In this document: in pieces, positions 36,901-50,034 of the stretch
Position numbering within the stretch: the first letter of the stretch is position 1
How the letters are laid out: each line of letters opens with the position of its first letter
Assembly (NCBI GenBank): GCA_973895155.1
Contig: OZ316898.1
Location: forward strand, 13,918,330 to 13,982,329
Reading direction: 5' to 3'
DNA length: 64,000 nt
DNA from: Marsupella aquatica
Lineage: Eukaryota; Plantae; Marchantiophyta
Translations under genes and position numbers: made by a program
The notes under the pieces: generated by a model
What the model saw: only the letters and a program-made list of their open reading frames with translations
Databases searched by the model: none
Told to the model about the DNA's origin: nothing

Positions 36901-38903
36901 CTACTAAGAAAGCTAGTGGCTGCCATACTCCCCCTCAGGACGAGGCAGGTGCATCGTCCTCTCCCTTGGACCAAATGTTTTGCGCTTCAGAGAATAAGCT
37001 TGTTTTCACAGATTCTTCTACTGGAAGCCCCGTAATTCTCCCTTTTGTTAGGAAATTGGGGACTGAAATTGGTAGAACTGGTTACAAATCACTCAAAGCA
37101 AGTGCTACTCATTATGTTTGGACTGATGGACCGTCAAAAGGTCAACAAATCAGTATAGAGTAGTCTGAAAAGATTATTCGATCTAGAAAGTATAGGAAGG
37201 ATAAGTTCAAATTAGTGCCAGTTTGGTCTGAGCCAGCTCTTGTTGAGACCCTTCCCGGAGGGATAAATTTGGACATCCAAAACCAACTTACTAGGAGATA
37301 ACCTTCTAGATGAATTTGGGTCTTTCAGCACGTGAGGTTGAAACCCAAGTTAGTTTGAATAGTCCTGAAATTCAGCCGTCTAAATTATTATGTCTACCTT
37401 CATAGAAATAGGCGGGCCCTTACCAGTTGTGGAGTGCGTCGACAATAATCTCCAAAGATGTCCTGAGATTTCTTCAACTACTGACCTTCAACCAACAATA
37501 GGTATGACGTTGACTGTTGTTCATTCACTTGTGATGCTCGAGATCGTCTCGAGCATTCCTCTGTTTTATCTCCCACAATTCTAACATTGGTGTTCCTTCT
37601 TTGCAGGACCCTTGCCTCCACTTCACGGTCCGATCAGACGGAAGCTATTGATTCTTGACCTCAACAAAATGTGTTGGGATTCTGTCAAAATGCCAAGTTC
37701 CGGACCGCGCCGTAGTGCAACAAGTGTCAAGGGTGTCCACTGGGGGAGACGTGGAGGGTTTAACTTTATGAATGTTGAGCGACCCCATCTTCACGAGTTC
37801 TTAATTGCAGTTTTTTCGTTATTTGATGTTGCCATTTGGACTTGTGCAAGGAAACCCAGGACGGATGAAATGATTCATTTGATCTTCAGTCAAGAAGAGC
37901 GAGAGCAATTCAAGTTTATTCTCACACAAGAAGATACATTCGATACTGGAATCCAAAGGCCTGACATTACTGATGGGAAGGCAAATATTCATTTGAAGGA
38001 TTTGAGGGTGGTTTGGAAACGTTATGGTGGATTATACGACGAAACTAATACACTCCTTCTTGATGACACTCCAATGAAGACATTTGCAAATCCAGAGAAT
38101 TGTGGGTTGTTTCCTTCCTCATTTTCGCATCACTCCACGGATGATACAGTCTTTCCAGAAATACTATGGCCTCTGCTCAGGAAATTGTATCATGCCTTCA
38201 ATCTTCAGCATCCAAAGTGGTCTATGATAAATGTTTTAGCGGACAAAGATCAACAGGCTGCCATTTATGAGTTGTTGATGGAGCGGTGGGGTAGTATGGT
38301 ATGGGTTCATTCGGTTATCCATACAGTCTTGGATGTCACAGTGGACAAAATTCCTTGGGATGTCAAGAATGAAGTGCAACAATTACCACCAATGGAGGAA
38401 TTGACAGAGGAGGCGATCAATGACCTTGCAAAGACGTTAATTGGATATCAGTACACAAGACCCTACAGAGACAATCATCGGGGATTTGTTTCGGAAGTCT
38501 TGAGGTGTAGGGACCTCACCACGAAGTTCTAGAATAGGAAGCCTCTTGATTTCTACAATCGCGATATGAAATATGACCCGTTAGGGTCTAGATTTACTTG
38601 CTCAAATGAATTCTGCGGGGTGGAGGAGCATGAGATTTGGGTCTAGATTATCTCGACCCTACACTGAACAGTTACAATGTGAGTTGTAGATATACATATT
38701 TTTACTCGAAAAAAAGTGAAGCTATGCGTACTATCCATTTGAGTCTAGATGTTGTTGATCCTCTTTTACTTGTAGATATGTTCTTAGAAAAAGGTTATTT
38801 GGGTCTCGACCCTATACAAAGGGAATAGCTAGAGATATAGATTCAACAACGGGTCAAAATTATGTGGATGTGGACCCTACATTTGGGTCGAGATAATCTC
38901 AAC
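30909..38903. repeat. Dispersed 17-bp palindrome CTCGAGAnnnTCTCGAG (~17 copies here plus one at 5741)
   Basis: Exact or near copies start at 30909, 31017, 31084, 31240, 31331, 32411, 32474, 32573, 32853, 33174, 33222, 33359, 34955, 35049, 36739, 37537, 38641 and 38887. Confidence 0.9.
32260..38532 (+). pseudogene. Multi-exon cargo gene with ParB-like, N6/N4 DNA methyltransferase-like and FCP1/NIF HAD phosphatase-like domains
   Basis: ParB-like ~34370-34800 (FDIPV..I...YR...HA..VAKSM; FLAISGQHSAKAA). MTase-like ~36300-36460 (NPRAKP...LVDYFSCPGHTVLDFFSGG..LKAC..LGQ). HAD-like 37607-38200 (KLLILDLN, RPHLHEFL, VAIWTC, LKDL..VW, NTLLLDDTP.K). Introns 34927-35096 and 37502-37606 (the latter phase-compatible); many stops and frameshifts; 5' exons uncertain. 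Confidence 0.7.
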
Positions 38904-41900
38904 ATAGATTTTTACATAGTAATTGATATACATTCAACAACCGGTCAAAACCATCTAGAGCCTGCATTGGGGCAGACGTGGTCTCGACCTTGTAAAAATA
39001 GGTTTTTTACTTTTATAATACATTACCGGTTTACCTTCCGTGTTTGTGTAACTTGGTTATCACGGGTCATTTGAATTTATTATATTGTCTTATTCTATTT
39101 TTTCATTGTTTATATTGTATATAATAAGAACACTTTATTGTCTTTTAATTAATAAGTATTAATAATTGATAACTGAATTATTTAATTAATAATTTGGGAA
39201 TTAGAATTGTAATTTTAGACCTCAAAAAGTGTATAGCCACTAAAATATATGCTTTTGGGGAACAAGTACTTATAGAACTTTTGGGGGTAAAATAAAACAT
39301 TTGAAGGTCAACTTCTGGACTAGAGAAATTCCAGTTTTAATGAATAGTGTGATACTACTTGTACTCCTTTAAAATTCAACCCTCCCCACGATCCACCTCC
39401 CAGATAGTGCTTTTTGCAAAAAACAATGGAACAAAATACAAAACATGGTCTACTTCTCAATTCCCAACAGAGTTTTATGGGTGTGACATTTCTCAGAGAC
39501 TACAAGCCAAAATTAAATTCATTCATTAGACTATCAGGTCAGCAATTCCACCATTTTTTTCTTTTGAAAGCCCAAATCGAGTAACTTATTAGCCTTTGCC
39601 CAAGGGAATGCCCTTGCCCTTTGCCCAAAATGCCTGTCCCATACCACTGTCCATCTTTCCCTCTTCTTGGGCACACACCTCCTTCCCCGAGAATTGAAAA
39701 TTACAGACCTTGGTGCATCTAGGCATCTTTTGCTCTTTCCTTGGGCACAAATGTAGTGCCTTGAAAACTTGAGAACAATATATATTTCACAATTAACTAG
39801 ATCTTTTACACAATGACATTTCTTCGCAATGACAACAACAACATATTTTTTACAATGACATTTATCAACTATATCTTTCTCGTAATGATATCTTTTACAT
39901 AACAACATCTAACCCATGAACAGAATAAATTAGAGTGTTTCCCCCACCCAGGCATTTATCCAGGGTAGATGGATAAGGGCTAGCGGCCGGTTTGCCCTCT
40001 TCAAAAAATAAAACATAAAAAAAATATCAAAGTAGAACATCAAGAGTGTTTTAGTTTGGACCACCACCGGGAGCCACCACCATCACAACGATACAAGTAC
40101 AAAATAGCAACATTTTGAACAGCGAAAGAATGCCTTCCATTAACGATTTACCTAAAGAAAAGGACTGTAAACGAAAAGAAAAGACGGGAAGAACGAAATA
40201 GTACAAAGAGTGAGCAAACGATCAATTTATTAGCAGTATGACTCAGCTTCGAATCTAAAATTGGTCAGCCCTGCAAATCCTCAAGAATCTACTCGCCGGT
40301 GAAATGACCCCACAAACCAAGTATGTGGTGTGAGGTAGTCAAAGCATGTCATCAATTATCCATTCCTAGTAAGTCGAACCTTCATTATCTCCTACTGAGA
40401 GTCAGCCACAGCTTCAAGAGCAGCATTATATATGTCAGGGCATGTACACTCAACGTGCAAGAATGGGAGAAGGAAGCTCGTTGGGCCGAACTGAGGAAAG
40501 TTTCGCAAGGTATTCAAAAGGGTGGCCGCAGTCAGCGAAGAACACTAAAAGAATGATTATAAATGAAGTGATCTCACTCCGTAAGTGATAGATCGAGGGC
40601 GGTTACAGATACTCTGAAAGGGCTCAATTCCTGCCATGGGAGCATTGTTGTTCATACACACTCTGAAAGGGCACTTTCCTGCCATGGGAGCTGCATTGTT
40701 GCTCATACACACTCTGAATAGCGTGCACGATAACGTGATTGCGGATCAATTGGTTGTCTGAATAATTGCAATGGAGCGTGAAATTGTTGCATGAATGCCA
40801 TGTCGGATGTTGTCTGAGTAATTGCAATCTACCATGAATTGTTATGTGAATGCCATATCTAGATGTCTGATTGAGTGTGACCCCGTTGTCGTTGTCGCAC
40901 ATTTAGTCACTTGTCAAATTAATGCCACCTCGCGATTCCCCAGCAATTGACAAGTTACACGAAAAGTGTACTGTCGGTAGGTTGTTTGCCTTCAGCTTCC
41001 TTACAGCACTTCTAACGAACTGTCTTTCATTAAGGTGATGTGAAAGGATTCGAAGACTGAAATAGATTTCTTGTTAACCGAGCTGACAGGGGGAATCCGT
41101 CTACAGTGTTTCTATTTTGACATTGTACTGTGACAGACCTTTCCACTGGTCCCCTCTAAATAATCATAACTTCTCTTTCCGGTACGTGATAGAATAGTTC
41201 AAGCCTATCGAAGACTGTCAAGACGCAACCCGGCTGAAATAGTTCAAGCATATCGACGACTGAGACAGTAGTTTTTGTTCCAGTAGACACCAGGATGAAA
41301 ACCCATTATTTAGCTACAAGACGTTGTGCATATCGCCGAGGGAATCCTTCTAGTCCTAGTTTTGCATGCACAAGAGATGATGTGCAATTGTGCAAGTGAT
41401 TGGTCGATCGGGAGAGGAACAGCTTCGAACCCTGCAGTTTAAATCTTGGCCAGGCATCCGTTTTGGCCAAAGGACATAGCGGATCGAAGCTCCCTCTGCT
41501 AAATTTTACACGGTACCTATGATTTTAAGGATTATGTATGACAATGATCGATAGATCTGTGAGGTGAATTTCTTGGTGCGTTGTCCGCTCTGTCCTCCGC
41601 ACTAAACTATTGAGAGGCTGAAATTGACCTTCCATATGTTTATTCCATGTATTATTTCTGTCAAGGATTCTAGCAAGTATTTTCGCGGTCAGTTACCTTA
41701 TACTCTCGTACTTGCAACTTTTTCTCCTTTTTCTCTTCCTGGCATCTTGACTCCTATTACACACGTCCTTTCAGTTCTGTACTAAACACTAACTGGCATT
41801 AGCAATTCATTATTCTCTCAAACAAAAATTTCAGCTTGGCAATAGTGGTACAGCGTTGTGATGGTCCCGGGTCACCCCCGGGGTCACCCCTACGTTGGCA

Positions 41901-42928
41901 AAGTGGTACTGCGATGATGTGATGGTCCTGGGTCACCTCTGAGCTACCTGAGCTGTATCGCACATGTTTTACAAAAGACAATACCGATTTCGAAATGACT
42001 ATAGTGGTACTGAGATGTCCGTAACGAGTACGTGACTGTTTCCTCTTTTGCCAATTGAAACCAGATTTAAGCACTGCAAAATAGTAAAGAGTAAACCTTC
42101 AAGTCAATTGATTGATACGTAGATTCTATTTCCTGGCTCAACTGTCACGTATCACTTGGAGAGAACCGGTGCTCACAGAAACTACAGTCATCCCACCGGC
42201 GGCAACATTTCTGTTGAGTTGAATCCCCTCGTCTGCTTGGTGAAACGGATGTTCGTGTGCAGGACAGGCTCACACCTATGAAAACGTATCTATCAGTCCC
42301 CAGGATCAGCCATCGATATAGGATTTCCAGGAATGTCGAGTACTTCGGAACAGAACCTGAACAAGAAGTAAGTTTTCTCCTTCTCCCACTGGAAAATTTC
42401 ATAATGACGAAGTTCTAATGAAGAAGTTCGTGCTCGTTATATATTCAATTGCGCAGCAAAAACGTCTAGAAGCATTTTTATAAGTCCACAATAATTCGTC
42501 AAGTCACTGGATGGTACGTTTCTTTTGCTCACTTGTCAGCTTAGTAAAAGACATTAACAATGATTCATCCATTCTAATTCAACAATTGTGAAGAAGAGTT
42601 TTGGCGCAAGTAAACTATGATGATGTCCTCCAATAAGGATCGCCAGTAAGCAGCTCTTGTAAGCGGACTAAACGAACTTACCGTCAAAATCAAGCTCAAA
42701 CCTGATCGGTTCTGTATACTAAAGTTGGAAATATGTGCAGTCTAAACACCCCGTGCAAATTGCGTTCCTGCTTTTTGTCTCTGGGGTACACAGTACAATC
42801 ATTATAGAAGTTTAATCTTCTTGCTGTGGACATCACTATGTAACTTTGCATTGTACTGAGCATTAATTAGAAGAAGAACTTCCACATTCTGTCTAATTGG
42901 TGCCAGTGATACGCGTCCACACAACCAG

Positions 42929-43649
42929 GCTGGATGGCAAAATTGCTATCATAATAGGAGCAGCTGGTGCGATAGGCACCACAGCATCGAAACTCTTTGC
43001 AGCACACGGAGCCCAAGTCATACTGGCAAACATACGAGACGAGATCGGGCACAGGAAAGCCTCAGAAATTGGCTCAAATGCACACTATAGGCACTGTCAT
43101 GTTACAAAGGAGGAGGACGTTGCGTCAACCGTGGACTTCGCTGTGCAAAGATTCGGTAAGCTGGACATCATGTTCAACAACGCCGGCGTTATTTCCCGGA
43201 AAGAGAGCTTGCAGGACATCAACCTTGAAGATTACGATCGCTCCCACGCAATTTGATGAGAGGAGTTCTCGCCGGCATTAAACATGCTGCACGGGTTATA
43301 ATTCCAGTGAGCCAAAGCAGTGGTCCTCAACTCTGCCAGCAATTCCGCAGCTTTCATTAGCGGAGACATTCCCCTTGCCTACAATATCTGTAAACACAAC
43401 CTACCAGGCCTCACGAAAATTGCAGCCTACCATCTCGGCAAGAATGGCATCCGAGTGAACGCCATCTCGCCACCCGCGATTTTCACTCCTTTGCTTGTAG
43501 AATGGCTTCGGCAGTCCGGTGCAATCACTACACTAAAAAAAACGGAGGAAGCTTTTATTAACAACTCGACCCTCCTCGGGAAGAGGGCAAAGGAGGACAC
43601 AATCTCGTTGTGGATGGTGGGTGGTGCAACAGCAAGGACTATAATGTGA
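42929..43649 (+). pseudogene. Short-chain dehydrogenase/reductase (plant ABA2/tasselseed2/secoisolariciresinol-dehydrogenase-like) pseudogene
   Basis: RLDGKIAIIIGAAGAIG, GKLDIMFNNAG, YNICK (YxxxK), GIRVNAISP; frameshifts near 43253 and 43320; C-terminal segment missing. Confidence 0.85.
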
Positions 43650-46600
43650 TAAGAGACATACTAGCGAAAGAAAAACCTGGCGAGGTGCATCGCACCTGAT
43701 AGTTGGAAAGGTGGGATGGGGGAGATTCAGACCACAGACTAAAACATCGTTATGAATCTGATTCACGATGAGTAGAAACGCACCATTTTGTTGAATCTTA
43801 TTCTTGGAAACTTATCTGTCAACTCATATTATGAGTTTGCATACGGTCAAGACGTTTAACTTGATATTTTCGAGCCTGTACTCGATCAGCTGAATCGCCG
43901 GAATTCGAATGCCTAAACCTATTTCTGCAGAGGAAAGAAATTGAAGTCGCCTAGTACTTGCTAAAGAAAGTTCTGATTTATATCTTTAGGTAGTGATCTT
44001 CTAAATATGTAATGGCCGCAAATCATGCCTGGATTTAAACGGTGTATCCAATAAAGCCTATAAAAGAATTCGAACATAAGTAACACAATTCGAAACTTGC
44101 TGTCTTTATGTCCTCACACCTTTCGTCAATTTTGGCCAAAGTGTGCCATAATCTACGTGCTCAAGATTTCGACGGGAACAATCGTTTCCAAGCAGACATT
44201 TGATGAATACAAACTCTGCCACTTTCACCATAATTCTGAGAGTTCTTATTTTGAGGGAAACCGATTAAGTTTTTTCAGTTAACACAAAGTTACACAAAGA
44301 GATCCTCCCAAAGTGACAGACCACAGAGGTCCATATCAAAGAAACCCAGAGATGAGATCCGAGTTCCACATAAATGGCTTCAACCAAAGCGCATTAATTT
44401 CTTGATAATTCTTCAAAGACTGCCAAAAGGCAGGGGTTCTCGCAAAAGGAAATGTAATGTAGGAGGATTTATTCGCGCAATCTGATCACACCACTAAATT
44501 GAGGACATGATTGAATCGAATAGTGATTTTCATAGCAACACATTTCACATTAATATTAGTTAGTGACGGTGGAGAGCCACGGGATGACTTCTCTACACTA
44601 CACTAGAACTTTATTGTTAGATATAACCATTTTGTCATCCTTGGAGTCACTTTCAATCTTTAGTTAAGCCACTAGGATGCAGAAATCACCTGAGGCAAAG
44701 TATTTCATATTTGCGTTTGTTTGATAAATTTTTGTGTAGTACAATCCTGATGGAGCGCCACCGCGAGTTCACTAGTGGAGGTTCTACTTTAAAAGCAGCA
44801 TTTCGGACAGGTAGTGGGTACTTTAGGGTCTGGAACATGCGAATGTCTTCAAGCCAAAGATTTATAAAAAAAAAATCAACTGGGAGCGGCCGTAAGATTG
44901 ATAGACGAGAACAAAGAAATTGACTGGAAGTTTCTGATAGCAATAAAAATAATCATATCTCCCTCAATCTCTTAAGGGCAAAGACCACTGCATAATCATC
45001 GCTAGAACGTGGGGGTTTCAAAATCGCATTTTAAAGCGCTGCATACCGAAGAGCTGACCTCCGGAGTTCTGCTCTGGAATGATCACTGGTTCCCTCTTTA
45101 GATTTATGGTGCAAGATTATCACTTAAAAATACTCCACTCTGTGTTGCACACAAACTATTATTGCTGTAGCGCCAATCCGCAACAATTATTTCTCATTTG
45201 GCGAAGATGGTACACGCTAGTCGTCTTTCCGGAAATCATTGAAATAAAGAAAATTTGACTTGTTTAGGTCTTTTTCTCTCTAAAGAAAATTAAAACTTGA
45301 TAAGAGAAGCAGATTTGTACCTCATGTTTGGCACACTCACTGGATACTTGATCTAGTGTCCAGTTCGTCCTTACCACCTAAAGTTGCCCAATACAAGTAG
45401 TCCGTATTAACTTGTAATAGTTTACTGATTGTCAGTGAATGAATGAGGGATTGCATTGGCAAGCGAATCAATGGTCCAAGGGTGATCCAATCCGAACAAC
45501 CTTGGTGAGATCAGCGTACCACTAACAAACGAAGAAATCACAGTGGAGAGAGTTTCCCGTAAATAAAGGAGACATTGGAGAAGATATCAAGATAGTACAT
45601 CATAGTAGAAAGCAAGGAGAAGATGGAGAAGATAAGCAAGGAGAAGATAACAAGATAGTACATCATAACGGAAAGCACTTGGTAGCGTAAAACACTGGAA
45701 ATTCACTGAATTCCAAATGTAGCTCTCGGATCAGAGCCTAGTCTTCCAAAATACGCAATGTGTTGTTTAAGAACAATATTGCAGCAACTCTTTCTATCTA
45801 TGTTTATCATGGGCATCAATGTAATTCATTCCCTCTATCCGACTAGTTCGATGATATCTATCAACCAGTCACATGTTCAGGATGTTCAATTACATGGCAC
45901 TCTGCAATTCTCAGATGCAAACTGTTTGACCAGTATAACGGAGTCCAACCCAACATATGTAAGGAATGGGTAGCACGCACACCTTCACCTCCTCTGACGG
46001 TGTCCCACGCGTTTCATAGACTCGCTAGGGACGTGTTTCGGATAGAATAAGTTGATGGCTATTGATCACGAATGCAATGAGGCCACCCATAGAATTATCG
46101 TAGAATGCCGCCAGAACAGGGGCCACAAGGCTTTCTTATAGCAGACACAAAAAACAGCCTTCCATTTGTATTTTTGCCTTGAAATATTTCATTGTATTTC
46201 CTTCATTGAAACTGCATACAACTGGGCACCCACCAGACACAGCCTTCCTGGCCACTGCAATTTGGCTGGGACAAGGGTGACTCTGTATCCATATTGGCAG
46301 TCCCAGTAGGAAAGACTGTAAGCTGGAGAAGATAATGAGCTGGACAACTAAGTGGAAAGGACATGCTTTGCGGACTAGGGTAGCGTGACAGAAACTGACG
46401 TGGTGCGGACCTATGCAAGCTAAAAGAATGTGGAGCCCACTCCATTCAACTGAGTCAAAGATGTGACCAGAACGGCACGTGGAGCAGAAGTTATCAACAG
46501 AGCAATTTTGTAAGAAACAAAAAAGAAAACATTTAAAAACGGCCACACAAATACAAATGAATGAAGAAAAACCACAAAAGTCCAGAGAGCAGCTTAATTT

Positions 46601-49384
46601 TTAGGGATTTTTCTGGCCAATGTCACCTTGTGTGAAGAGAAGATACTGGCAATATTGCTTACTTAATTCTCCTTGGTACTTTCTAAGCATCAGATCTCCC
46701 TAGATTCAGGGAAAACCTTTCGATTCTGGCTAATGGGGTCCGCGGCCAGGTTAGAAAGTGGCAAATGGAAGAGAGAAAATGTAGCTGTTTTTTGGCCTAA
46801 AGTGGGCGAAGACATTTTAGAGGGATGGACTCTGGATAATTTTCGCCACTACAGAAACGAACCTCAAAATAAGACAGCAATTGCATCTACAAGCGTTAAT
46901 TTGTAAAACACTTTTAGGTTGAATCAAAACTACCGGAACGTGCCCTGCTTTTATTCCCAGGTCATCTAGTCCTTGTCCTTTCTGGACGAGGAGCATCGTC
47001 TCTCGAAGCATCAAGCCGAATGACATGTTTGTAGTAATATCTGTTGTGTTTCCATCTTCTCGAACTCATCACTTTTCGATTCCTTTTCTTTGCTGCTTGA
47101 CCGGTCAGTCGTCGAAGCTAATGAATTAACATCATTGTATATGTACTGCTGAATCTTGTTTGAAGGTGAACAATGGTAATCCTACATATTAAATTGTTTA
47201 AAGTCTTGCGTATATTCACAGGCAGATTTAGAAGCAGCTTTTCATCGAGGCAAAACGTTCCACCGAAATTATACTTCGATCTAACAACAAGTTCCGGCAA
47301 TTGCTAAACAATCATTGGCTGGCATGGATTACTTTTGAAGGCTGGCTTGAACTTGCACAAACTATTAACAAAGGAGAGAAGTAAGACAAATTTGACTTAC
47401 TGGAAAGACTGGAGAATCATTAACATTTGGGGTTTGGGGAATATTTATCTTGGGTAAAAGTGTAAGTGGTGAGAACTTCCAAGTCGAACAGGATCCTACA
47501 GAGTCAAGCTCTGTATCAACTTAGTACCGTTCGCCTAATTAACGAGATAAAAAGTTTGGCTATGAAGCGACTATTGAACCCTCCAAAATTAATTATTGGA
47601 GTGATAGATTTGGGAATCCCAAACACAAAGCACGGCAACCATCAATCTAAACATTCATACTTCAGATCTGGTGCATCCCAAGGTTAAAGAGTGCAAAGTG
47701 CCTGGCACGTTGGACAGAAAGAGTATGGTCGGCGATCAAGCCAGGTAGAGTTCTGCAACATTCTTGTTGTTTTGAATCCAGGATGTTCGTCCGTTTGAGA
47801 GCTGCGGGCTAACAGACCGGCCGGAGACTAATTCGAACCGTGGGTTAACCTCACCTGTAGTGTTCACAAAAATTCCATCGACCAATGTGTTCAAAGGAAG
47901 CGCTAGACTTGGCAGTCACAGCATGCCTTGGAGCACAAATGCAGCCCTGTAATGTGTACGAGTGACAGTTCCGAGTCTCTTGGGCTTCAGAAGTATCAGA
48001 AGCCCTCCCAAGACATACTTTAGGAATAGATCCGCAGGCTCATAACAGGCTCATGACAGGTTCATAACCGAGACAACCTTGAATCTGGGTGATCTCGCAA
48101 ATAGACACGATCCTAAAAAGATATATGTTAACCACTGTAAAGCTAGCTCTCAAATCCTGCGACGGCAACTGAAGGATATGTATTGAGGGGATTGAACTTG
48201 TCCGGATCTTCTTGGGTATGTGTGGGAAACGTAGGGAGTCAAAAATCACAGCACATCCTTCCCCGTGCCGCAGAGAGGTGACTCTGGAATGCAAGGGAAC
48301 CCTTCTCGACCTTCATCATGAAAGAAGAAAGTGAATAACGGTCTGTCTTCGGCAAGGAATTTATCTGCTAACAATGCGAAAGCTATTATCCACACTCCCA
48401 AAAATGACAGGAGCTATGCTCCCAACGAAAGTAACTGCCCAACCCCACCTTGCAAAATAAGAAAAGTGTGTTTGAGGTGAAGCCACTAAGATGAGAGCAA
48501 GGAACAAAGGAGGAGTCTAGAGTCTCTCAAATGGAGCGATCAAATGCACATAGATGTATACAAAGATCTCTCATAGGGGCATACTTCCTAGCCAATTAGA
48601 TATTATACTCTAAGCCAATTAAATATTACTCTAGCATGGACACATCTCAACAACATCCCAAATGTTGTCTTGTATCAGCTAACTTAGACAGGAAGGGCGT
48701 TGAGGCTACAGCCTCTTGTAAAACATCGCAAGGAAGGACGACCAAAAGGTAGCATTACCAGCTGGTGAGCTGAGCAACCAAAAACCTCCTGGCTGCTGGA
48801 TGTAAGAACCTAGGTGGAAGCTCTAAATTAAATGGTAACCCTTACTAGAGTACTCTTCACAAACTGAACCTATAATTGAGTACCATCAATTGTACTTAAA
48901 GTGCGGCTAGAGTAGAAGCAACCAGATCTGGTGGACCAATGAGGTGGGTGTCAAGGGACTAGAAGAGACATTGGGGATGGACGTGTAGAAGTGGAATGAG
49001 TAGAGGTTCAGGTTCAGGTTCAGGTGGGGGCTGGGGGGGTTCTCAATGAAAGTCATAGAAGCATCTGAAAATGGGATAAGAAAGTAACTGTTTGGATATG
49101 ATCATTCTTATACCAGCAATGAGTGTCTCACGTACATCCTTTTGGAAACCAAAGGCCAACTAATCTGAATAGTAAGAGATGATGTGAGACACATTCAAGA
49201 GATAATAATGTCCCTCCAATAGCAATGGGGCAAACTATAAGTGAAGTCTTAGCCATGATGGCTAATAAACAAGCTAGAAGCACTCATAAACCAAGAGACA
49301 TTTAGATCTAGTAGGCAAAATAATGCCCCTCTATAATACAATGGCAAAAGAAAAAGAGAACTGTCTAGAAAACCTAATGTAATC

Positions 49385-49669
49385 CTCGGGGGCTTCACTT
49401 CCACAAAAATGACATATCACGTGCAACAAAGGATAGAGTCATTTTATTGGTTCTAAGGGAAGACTTAAATTTTTTTGTAGAAGAACAATAGGGTCTTTTA
49501 AATTCAATTTTGAGACTTATAAGAATATTATGGTCTTTTTAATCCAATTTTTGGAATATTCCAACTTTATAGGAGTTAAAAATTAAAAAAAAATCTTACA
49601 TTTTAGGGGGTCCAAGGCCTAAAAACGTCACAGGTGATGGGGAGGTCCCCATATAGTGAGACCCCCGAG
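49385..49669. mobile_element. MITE-like dispersed repeat, copy 2
   Basis: CTCGGGGGCTTCACT...AGTGAGACCCCCGAG termini; interior similar to 649-911. Confidence 0.65.
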
Positions 49670-50034
49670 ATGTAATCACAGTAGTTTGGGGCAAAATATC
49701 TGTAAAATGTTTGTATACAAAGCCAGATAAACCCCCTTGCCAAACAAGGGGAGCTTTTAATTAGGTATAGATCTATAATATAATCCATAGTAAACTGCAA
49801 ATCCTCTTGGGGCTCAAAGTCCTCCACAAGAATGCCTGGGAAGTTGGTCATAGGGCTACAAATGTAGACCATGAAAGGTAGTCAAGGTGGACTACTCGGC
49901 ATAGTCTCTTGCCCGGGCTAAATGGCAAGCTTGACAAAGACACCTTTGCTCTCATTGGAAGATTGGAGTGGCAAGTTGGGTCTGACATATTGCACGTTGT
50001 AAAAGAGCCGGCCTAGAGAAAGTACTCTTTTGCT

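Larger units (their letters stand above)
3051..38903. mobile_element. Outer DNA transposon (Sola-like transposase plus divergent cargo gene); true ends not resolved
   Basis: Transposase frame is continuous across the retrotransposon; the same 17-bp palindrome occurs on both sides (5741 and 30909-38903). Coordinates are a minimum span. Confidence 0.6.

Noticed and set aside
32260-38532. Bacterial or phage contamination explaining the ParB/MTase motifs
   Set aside because: The gene has GT-AG introns and is contiguous with plant TEs; the shared palindrome links it to the transposase split by the Gypsy insertion.
30909-38903. Palindromic repeats as a CRISPR array
   Set aside because: Spacing is irregular (tens of bp to over 1 kb), repeats are only 17 bp, there are no cas genes, and the context is eukaryotic and intronic.
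44000-48300. Short ORFs such as 46136-46546
   Set aside because: No recognisable motifs or consistent exon structure.
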